DNA of 61,658 nucleotides from assembly GCA_905235845.1 (NCBI GenBank), contig CAJONG010000003.1:1-61658 (forward strand), written 5' to 3'. Under the pieces are notes generated by a model. It saw nothing but the letters and a program-made list of their open reading frames with translations, made no database searches and was not told where the DNA came from. The stretch is from an uncultured Lachnospiraceae bacterium (GTDB lineage Bacteria; Bacillota; Clostridia; Lachnospirales; Lachnospiraceae). A program made the position numbers and the translations under genes. Position 1 is the stretch's first letter. Each line of letters opens with the position of its first letter. Positions 41,181 to 48,359 of the stretch are shown piece after piece.

Positions 41181-42461
41181 TTATTGTCTGCTTCTGTCAA
41201 GATTGTAGAAGCGCTTTTTAAGGCTTATTCCCTTTTTAACCACATCTATACTTATCCTTGCTATCTTCTCAGCCGCATGTCCGTCACCATAAGGTGATGT
41301 TACATCCTTACATATATGGGCAAATTCTTTGCCGCACGCCCTATCCATAGCCGTAAGTATGCTCGTCTTATCGGGCGAACAGTCGATGACGCTCTCACAT
41401 CTTAGCCTTCCCTTCTGCCTGTCGCCTATATTCACTGTTGGTATATGTAAAGCCGGAGCTTCATACAGACCGCTTGATGAATTGCCCAGTACAAAAAGGG
41501 CATTTTTCATAAGGGATAGGTACCTGCGAACTCCAAGTGACGGATATACGTGAAGATTTTTTATCCTGCCTTCCTCTTCATCAAGTATCTCGTTGATCCT
41601 GCTGCCACCCATATCCGCATTGGACTTGGTGACAATGAACTCTATATCAGGTCTGTCAGCCACAGCTCCAAGGAAGTCCTCCATCATGCCGTCTATATCA
41701 CCATCTTCAAGCGTAACCGGATGATAGGTGCACAGAGCGTATGCAATATCTGCGCTTCCGGTCGTATCGGCAGATACAGACCATTTATCCGCTCCGATAT
41801 CCTTAAGCACCTCTTCCTTAGACATATAGTCCATATTAAGGATATTGTCTATGGCCGTATCGCCCACATTATATACCCTGTCAGGAGCTTCCCCAAGTTG
41901 GATGATCCTTCGCCTTGAATCCTCATTGGTCGGGAAATGCAGGCAGCTCATCTTGGTGATGGAATGCCTTATTGCCTCATCAATAGCACCCTCCGTAGTA
42001 TCTCCGCCGCACAGATGTATGATGGGAGTATGGGTATTCATGGCCGCTATCGCCACCATAAGCATCTCATATCTGTCGCCCAGTATATATACAGCATCAT
42101 AATGATTATCCGAGAAATGCCCTGTAAACTCTGTAAGAGCCACAGCCTGATTCCCTGATATATCTGACGGAGTGTCCGACCTTACGGGTATGGGAATCCT
42201 ATAGTCTATCCTCACTCCGTCACTTTCGATCTCGTCCACAGTCATACCGAAATCGGATGACAGATGGGTGCCGGTGACTATAAGATCGACCCTTATACCT
42301 TGCGTATCCATATCAGTTACTCTGTCTGATTTGCGGCCCGGCTTATCGTGTGACTCAGTCTCTGCTGCCGATCGTTCCTCATACTTTCGTAGCTCATCGA
42401 TCAGTGGTCTCAATATCCCGTATTCAGCTCTTGTTGCTGTGATAACACCTAATCTTATCAT
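41181..42461 (-). CDS. neuC: hydrolysing UDP/GDP-HexNAc 2-epimerase (NeuC/LegG)
   Basis: TATRAEYG, TGTHLS, LGDRYE, GAIDEAIRHSITK, GNSSSG, IGDRQKGR. Confidence 0.92.
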   Translation of the reverse strand: MIRLGVITATRAEYGILRPLIDELRKYEERSAAETESHDKPGRKSDRVTDMDTQGIRVDLIVTGTHLSSDFGMTVDEIESDGVRIDYRIPIPVRSDTPSDISGNQAVALTEFTGHFSDNHYDAVYILGDRYEMLMVAIAAMNTHTPIIHLCGGDTTEGAIDEAIRHSITKMSCLHFPTNEDSRRRIIQLGEAPDRVYNVGDTAIDNILNMDYMSKEEVLKDIGADKWSVSADTTGSADIAYALCTYHPVTLEDGDIDGMMEDFLGAVADRPDIEFIVTKSNADMGGSRINEILDEEEGRIKNLHVYPSLGVRRYLSLMKNALFVLGNSSSGLYEAPALHIPTVNIGDRQKGRLRCESVIDCSPDKTSILTAMDRACGKEFAHICKDVTSPYGDGHAAEKIARISIDVVKKGISLKKRFYNLDRSRQ

Positions 42462-42530
42462 TCTCTTAGTATATTCTATCTGTCTGTCTATTATATCTTA
42501 ATTCGTCCTTATTTAAGTAAAGAGCACCGA

Positions 42531-43952
42531 CTACTTCGAGCCCCTGCCTGTGAATACCACGATTATCGTCTGTAGCAGTATCTTAAGATCGAGCAGAAGT
42601 GACCAGTTATCTATATACTCAAGGTCAAGCGCCACCACATCATCAAAATCCTTAATATCACTCCTGCCGCTTACCTGCCACATACCTGTAAGTCCGGGAG
42701 TGATGGACAGCCTGCGCCTGTAGTGCGGGCTGTAGCGCTCGAATTCATCCTCTGTCGGAGGTCTTGTCCCAACAAGACTCATATCTCCCTTAAGGACATT
42801 GTAAAACTGTGGGAATTCATCAAGACTGGTCCTGCGGAGGAAGCGCCCTACGGCAGTTATTCTCGGATCATCCTCCATCTTGAACATAAGCCCTTCCATC
42901 TCATTATCCTTAAGCAGCTCCTTCTTACGCGCCTCGGCATCCGTATACATCGAGCGGAACTTATACATGGTAAAACGTCTTCCACCCTTACCGATACGGG
43001 TCTGCCTGAAAAATACCGAACCCTTGGAGTTAAGCTTGATGGCTAATGCTATAAATGGGGTCAATAATGCCGTAAGCACAAGACCCACGATGGCTCCTAT
43101 GACATCGAATATCCGCTTGATAAGCCTTCGTCTGTAATCCGTAGCCGCATTCTCATATGTGATGACCAGATGCCCCGCAAAATCTCCTATGGACTGCATT
43201 GAACCTCTGTGTCTGAAGTCCCCCACACTGTAATAGCACTTAACTCCCATAGTCTCGAAGTAATTGATTATACGTTCAACCGCATCCCTTCCCATACTAG
43301 GAAGATACAGGAACGCCGCATCCATCACTTCACTCGTGAGTCCGTCCATGATCCCCGCACCGTTGGCCACTATAGGTATACCATCAATGTCCTTCTTCTC
43401 AGGGTCAACCACCGCATCCATAAGTGCTATAGCCATGACCTCGTAGCTCCACTCATGATCCTTACGTATATCCTGCAACAGTTCGTCTACGAACTCCTCA
43501 TAGGTGACCAACATCACTTTCTCGGAATTTACACTTTTCTTATAATAGCCACTTAGGAACTTCTTGAAAAAGGTGTGCATTATGTACGTCAGCACAATGT
43601 CGATGACAACATACCAGCCGAACACAAGTCGCGAGAAAGCCTGCCCCTGTCGCAGAATGAACACTGTAAAGCCAAGCAGCACCGTCATGCTGACTGCATA
43701 CTTGACTACCGCCACCAGCTCTTCAAAGTAGCCTCTCTTGAATATGAAGTGATTCCAGTCAAGGAGCACTCCATACAGAACACAAAAAAGAACAAGCCCC
43801 AGACATATCATATAGTCCACCTGTCCCATATGATACTCTCCCCTGTACCTTAAGTAAAAAGAGCATGCATAAGACACCAGCACACATGCCACATCAATGA
43901 GCACCAGCGAATATGTCTGTATTAGATTGTTTTTCTTGTTGAATGTATTCAT
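42531..43952 (-). CDS. priming sugar transferase (polyprenyl-phosphate hexose-1-P transferase, WcaJ/CpsE-like)
   Basis: KRIFD, YKFRSM, DPRITAVG, SLDEFPQ, MSLVGTRP, PGLTGMWQVSGR; start placed at ATG 43952. Confidence 0.92.
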   Translation of the reverse strand: MNTFNKKNNLIQTYSLVLIDVACVLVSYACSFYLRYRGEYHMGQVDYMICLGLVLFCVLYGVLLDWNHFIFKRGYFEELVAVVKYAVSMTVLLGFTVFILRQGQAFSRLVFGWYVVIDIVLTYIMHTFFKKFLSGYYKKSVNSEKVMLVTYEEFVDELLQDIRKDHEWSYEVMAIALMDAVVDPEKKDIDGIPIVANGAGIMDGLTSEVMDAAFLYLPSMGRDAVERIINYFETMGVKCYYSVGDFRHRGSMQSIGDFAGHLVITYENAATDYRRRLIKRIFDVIGAIVGLVLTALLTPFIALAIKLNSKGSVFFRQTRIGKGGRRFTMYKFRSMYTDAEARKKELLKDNEMEGLMFKMEDDPRITAVGRFLRRTSLDEFPQFYNVLKGDMSLVGTRPPTEDEFERYSPHYRRRLSITPGLTGMWQVSGRSDIKDFDDVVALDLEYIDNWSLLLDLKILLQTIIVVFTGRGSK

Positions 43953-44082
43953 ATCTTTCTCAGTATACCATAATTCTTCGGCACTCACCATCTATGGTTC
44001 TTCATTTCGCCTAATTTCGCCTAATTATATGTAACATCCATGGTCTGACACGAACTTCGGTAGTAATCGTCTGTAGCCTGTC

Positions 44083-44112
44083 AAAAGGAGCAATGCCAAA
44101 AAGCATTGCTCC
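44083..44112 (-). terminator. rho-independent terminator after rubrerythrin
   Basis: ggagcaatgc/gcattgctcc stem with a T-tract on the minus strand. Confidence 0.75.
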
Positions 44113-44149
44113 CACATTCAATCGCCTTATTACTTTATCACAGAAAAAC

Positions 44150-44713
44150 TCAATAATTCTCAGCCTTTAGCTGGAAATAATCCCTCGGATGATTACATAC
44201 GGGGCATACCTCCGGCGCTTCCTTGCCTACAACTATATGACCGCAATTGCTGCACTGCCAGATACAATCGCCGTCTCTTGAGAATACAAGCTTGTCCTCT
44301 ACGTTCTTAAGGAGCTTGCGATATCTCTCCTCATGCTCCTTCTCTATGGCTGCCACACCCTCGAAGAGCTCTGCTATCTCATCAAAGCCCTCTTCTCTTG
44401 CCTTCTTGGCGAAAGACGGATACATCTCCTGCCACTCATAGGACTCACCCTCAGCAGCTTCCTTAAGGCAATCTATGGTGCTGCCTATGCCTGTGAGTAT
44501 CTTGTACCAGATCTCCGCATGCTCCTTCTCATTAGCTGCGGTCTCCGCGAAGATATTGGATATCTGCACATAGCCCTCCTTCTTAGCCTTGGAAGCAAAG
44601 AAGGTATACTTATTACGTGCCTCCGACTCTCCTGCGAAAGCCGCCTGCAAGTTCTTCTCTGTCTCCGTCCCCTTAAGATCCTCTGCCCTGCATCTCCATT
44701 TATTCTCTGCCAT
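44150..44713 (-). CDS. rbr: rubrerythrin
   Basis: [33 protein letters not shown]...CPVC. Confidence 0.95.
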   Translation of the reverse strand: MAENKWRCRAEDLKGTETEKNLQAAFAGESEARNKYTFFASKAKKEGYVQISNIFAETAANEKEHAEIWYKILTGIGSTIDCLKEAAEGESYEWQEMYPSFAKKAREEGFDEIAELFEGVAAIEKEHEERYRKLLKNVEDKLVFSRDGDCIWQCSNCGHIVVGKEAPEVCPVCNHPRDYFQLKAENY

Positions 44714-44742
44714 GATAATTCCTCCAATCTACCTAATAATGA

Positions 44743-45117
44743 TCAAAGCTCCTTCACCCACAGTCCGTGAAGATTACAATACTCGTATACCGCAACCGCC
44801 TTATCGCCTGCTGCCAGAGTAAATTCTGCCACAGGCTTATCACCTGCCTTAAGGTTCTTAACCTGATATCCGGATGCGGTCTCAAGCACTATGAACTGTA
44901 TATGGTGCTCCTCAAGCATCGGATGCTCCACTTCACCTATCTGTACCTTAACATTACTTCCGTCTATCGTAACAGCCGGCACATGCTTCTCATATGCTCC
45001 ATCCGTAGCTCCCGGTACAAGCTCCTTCATCGGCTCTCCGCAGCACACCACCGGAACGCCGGAATCATTAAGCTTAGTGATAATATTGCCGCAATGCTCA
45101 CATCTGTAGAATTTCAT
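44743..45117 (-). CDS. dfx: desulfoferrodoxin / superoxide reductase
   Basis: CEHCGN, CCG, EKHVP, HPM, YCNLHGLW. Confidence 0.95.
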   Translation of the reverse strand: MKFYRCEHCGNIITKLNDSGVPVVCCGEPMKELVPGATDGAYEKHVPAVTIDGSNVKVQIGEVEHPMLEEHHIQFIVLETASGYQVKNLKAGDKPVAEFTLAAGDKAVAVYEYCNLHGLWVKEL

Positions 45118-45162
45118 AGTGTAACCTCCGTTTCTTGAATCTATACATTTTACTCAGTATAA

Positions 45163-45311
45163 CATAAATTCCGGCGCTCAGCATCCCTGCATCGCTTTTC
45201 CCCGGAATTTATCGTATAACATCGTGTTACATCATAAATTCCGGCGCTCGGCATCCTTGCCTCGCTTTTCTCCGGAATTTATCGTATAACATCGTGTTGT
45301 ATCATAAATTC
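45163..45311. repeat. 70-bp tandem direct repeat (2 copies plus a partial), each a REP-like hairpin
   Basis: Units start at 45163, 45233 and 45303 with cataaattc; each full unit has ataaattccgg...ccggaatttat arms. Confidence 0.9.
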
Positions 45312-46267
45312 TGAAGACTGTCCCTCTTTGATCTGTATTCTATAATAGGCATATCCGCTGCCACAAGGCTTTCTCGCATACGAAGCTCGCTTCTTACGGG
45401 AAGCTGTGTCTCCACGATCCTCTTATCCTGCCTCTCAACTATCTTATTGGCTCTGCTTCCAAGCCAGGCAATTGCCTTGTCTATAGCCCTGACTCCCGTG
45501 ATCTTATTGTAAAATCTTAGAGAGATTATGGCATGCTCATCATCCACTGGCACGAAATACGCTAATATCATTATCTTGTCCGTCACATGATTAAGCCACA
45601 TATTGGGGAATTTAAAAGTGAGATTGGTCTCTTTGATCACACAGTCCTCAGCGGACTTAGGTGTCTGCCCCGTGTCGACCTCATTATTGGCGCTGGTCTG
45701 CAAGGTATTATCATCAAGCCACACAACCTTAGGACCGTTGCATAAGCGCTTATCGCCTCTGCCGATCGTGGTGCGGTGCACAAACGCCAGGTGCGACACA
45801 TCCAGCTGATTCTCTATAACTCTGGAATAGTGAACATTCCACATATCATTGATATGGTCGTAGGTATACGAGGTATCCTTTACCACATCGAATACATCCG
45901 GCTCACCCACAGGCTCACCATCTCCGTACCATGCAAAGATTATGCCTCCGATCTCTTTGGTCGCATAATGCTTCATATGGAACCGGCTGTAATCAGCCGC
46001 AGAAGCTCTGCCCTCCGACGGCACATACACGCACTTCCCCGTTACATCATACTCTATCCCATGAAATGGGCACCTGACATGATCATCCGTCACACAACCC
46101 TTGGCGAGAGACGCACCCCTGTGAGCACACAGACTGCTGATACATCCGATCTCGCCCTTACTGTCTCTGAAAAATATGAGGTTCTCACCGAACCTTCTAG
46201 CCCCGACGATCTTCCCATTCTTAAGTTCATGCGAAGAGAGGACTGCGTACCATTGGTTTTTGATCAT
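45302..46267 (-). CDS. Rieske non-heme iron oxygenase, alpha subunit (VanA/PaO-like)
   Basis: NQWY, CAHRGASL...CPFHG (Rieske cluster), ENQLDVSHLAFVH and QD (mononuclear Fe). Confidence 0.9.
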   Translation of the reverse strand: MIKNQWYAVLSSHELKNGKIVGARRFGENLIFFRDSKGEIGCISSLCAHRGASLAKGCVTDDHVRCPFHGIEYDVTGKCVYVPSEGRASAADYSRFHMKHYATKEIGGIIFAWYGDGEPVGEPDVFDVVKDTSYTYDHINDMWNVHYSRVIENQLDVSHLAFVHRTTIGRGDKRLCNGPKVVWLDDNTLQTSANNEVDTGQTPKSAEDCVIKETNLTFKFPNMWLNHVTDKIMILAYFVPVDDEHAIISLRFYNKITGVRAIDKAIAWLGSRANKIVERQDKRIVETQLPVRSELRMRESLVAADMPIIEYRSKRDSLQNL

Positions 46268-46437
46268 ACCTTTTCTCCCGAAAACTATAAACTAAGAGCA
46301 GCAATACTAATTATATTATCTCGTCCGCGTCTCGATGCGGATGTTCGTCAAATCTCAGCCTTTGCAAGCATTGCAACAATCTGTTTCTATTATATCATAT
46401 ATCGCAGCGATACATACATATGTATCTTGTATTGACG

Positions 46438-47358
46438 CTATACATTAAGCATATTTCTTGGATGCTTATTGGTCAGAATATCTCTCTGTTTTGCCATAGC
46501 CACATGTGTATATATCTCCGTTGTATGAATAGAGCTATGCCCCAACATCTCTTGGATATACCGGATATCAACATCAGCTTCAAGGAGAGCTGTAGCAAAG
46601 GTATGGCGAAACATATGCGGTGTGATATGCTGCTCTATCCCTGCCAACCCGGAATAATACATAAGCATCCGTCGTACAGCCTGATCTGAGAATCTATTCC
46701 CCGACTGATTAACGAACAGGTACCCGCAGTTTTCAATTTCATGCTTGAATTCATCCATATATCTCCGGAGCGCTTTAAGCACATCTGCATTTCCAATGTG
46801 TATTCGCCGTTCTTTAGCCCCTTTCCCGTATATCAATATGTAACCATCTTGCATATTTATATCCACCGGCTTAAGTCCGCATAATTCCGATATTCTCACA
46901 CCGGTTGCAAAAAGCATTTCGCATAATGCCGCATCTCTGATGGCATTCCTCCTGCGAAACCCGGTTCCTGCATCATTTTGCGATGTATATACCGTACTTA
47001 GTATGCGTTCTATTATATATAAAGGTATGGTCCTTGGCAGCACCTTGGGCTCACGAAACGATGTGTTGACCCTCGCAAAAGGATTGGCATCTATGTATCC
47101 GCGATATTCAATATAATGAAAAAGCGCCTTGGCAGACGCTATCTTCCTCTTAACACTCTTCGGTTTATAATGACTATGTAACCGGACTATATATCTCTCA
47201 ATATCATCTCTGGATACGGTGCGTATATCCATCCCGCCATATTCTTCGCATAACTGCCGCAGATCAGCCCTGTATGCCCTTACTGTTTTCCTGTCCAGTC
47301 TCTTGGAAAATACACAATACTCCAGATATTCACTGCTTATCTCCCGTAGATTACTCAT
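46438..47358 (-). CDS. tyrosine recombinase/integrase (XerC/D-like)
   Basis: TGVRISE, GKGAKER, HMFRHTFAT, LGHSS, TEIYTH: catalytic R-K-H-R-H-Y set intact. Confidence 0.94.
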   Translation of the reverse strand: MSNLREISSEYLEYCVFSKRLDRKTVRAYRADLRQLCEEYGGMDIRTVSRDDIERYIVRLHSHYKPKSVKRKIASAKALFHYIEYRGYIDANPFARVNTSFREPKVLPRTIPLYIIERILSTVYTSQNDAGTGFRRRNAIRDAALCEMLFATGVRISELCGLKPVDINMQDGYILIYGKGAKERRIHIGNADVLKALRRYMDEFKHEIENCGYLFVNQSGNRFSDQAVRRMLMYYSGLAGIEQHITPHMFRHTFATALLEADVDIRYIQEMLGHSSIHTTEIYTHVAMAKQRDILTNKHPRNMLNV

Positions 47359-47444
47359 AACACTATCCTCCTGTGTTCTAAAGCTACTTATTACAATCTT
47401 AGTAATTCTAATACCGCGGGATGAATTGTGCTATGGAAATGTGA

Positions 47445-48359
47445 ATGCGTGATAATTGTAGATTATCTAACTTGAAAAAAGACATAATAAGCATCCTGGA
47501 CTTATCTATAGACGAAATAGATAAGATAATAAATGTTGCAAATCTTAGGGACGAGCTATTTGTTAAGTATAAGGCTTCCATGCAAAGCAAAGTTGCCGGA
47601 ACATTGTTTTTCCAGCCAAGTTCACGTACAAAACTAAGTTTCCAATCTGCCTTTATTCGCCTCGGTGGTCAATATATCGGTTTTTCTGATATTGAAGAAT
47701 CAAGATGCGGAAGAAGTTACAATGAAAAATTGTGCGATCTCGGAAAGATTATTGATGCATATTGCGATCTCATTATTTTACGGCATTTCGACAACAGCGC
47801 TGCCTTTGAGTTAGCAGAGAATACAAAAATACCATTAATATCTGCGGGGAATGGTACAGACGAACATCCTACCCAAGGACTTACAGATTTGTATACGATC
47901 CATAAAGAGTTTGGTACATTTGATGGATTACAAATCATGATAATAGGCACATTCCCCTCAAGATCGATGAATTCACTTATTATAGGACTGTCTCGATATA
48001 ATGATGTGCATTTCCATATCATCGGAAACAATTCTGGTATTCCAACTAGGTTTGCACACCAGAATATTACTCTTTATTCTTCTTTTAACGATTTCGATTC
48101 AAAAAGAGAGCATAGTCTTGAAATTAATGTAATATATGTGACAGAAATAAAACCGAATACAGCAAAATCCGAAAAATATGTTTTACACTCGGATGTTTTA
48201 AGCACTTTCCCAGACGCTATTATTATGTGCCCATTACCAAGAACATCGGAACTCCCATTTTCAATAGACCGTTATAATTCAGTTCGCTATTTTTATCAAG
48301 CAAAAAACGGACTCTATGTACGGGCAGCGATATATTTGCACATTTTTCAGATAATATAG
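47445..48359 (+). CDS. divergent aspartate carbamoyltransferase-family protein
   Basis: FFQPSSRTKLSF, LRH, AGNG.EHPTQGLTDLYTI, CPLPR, YFYQAKNG; the aspartate-binding TRxQ motif is replaced by TEIK. Confidence 0.85.
   Translation: MRDNCRLSNLKKDIISILDLSIDEIDKIINVANLRDELFVKYKASMQSKVAGTLFFQPSSRTKLSFQSAFIRLGGQYIGFSDIEESRCGRSYNEKLCDLGKIIDAYCDLIILRHFDNSAAFELAENTKIPLISAGNGTDEHPTQGLTDLYTIHKEFGTFDGLQIMIIGTFPSRSMNSLIIGLSRYNDVHFHIIGNNSGIPTRFAHQNITLYSSFNDFDSKREHSLEINVIYVTEIKPNTAKSEKYVLHSDVLSTFPDAIIMCPLPRTSELPFSIDRYNSVRYFYQAKNGLYVRAAIYLHIFQII

Noticed and set aside
103-44822. Numerous plus-strand ORFs antisense to recognised genes (e.g. 2237..2818, 6740..7366, 10234..11025, 34054..34584)
   Set aside because: Shadow frames of well-supported minus-strand genes with no recognisable motifs.
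45163-45311. CRISPR array
   Set aside because: Whole 70-bp units repeat with no unique spacers, and there are no cas genes.
47445-48359. Housekeeping pyrB
   Set aside because: Aspartate-binding motif altered, AT-rich island context and no pyr operon, so the gene symbol is withheld.
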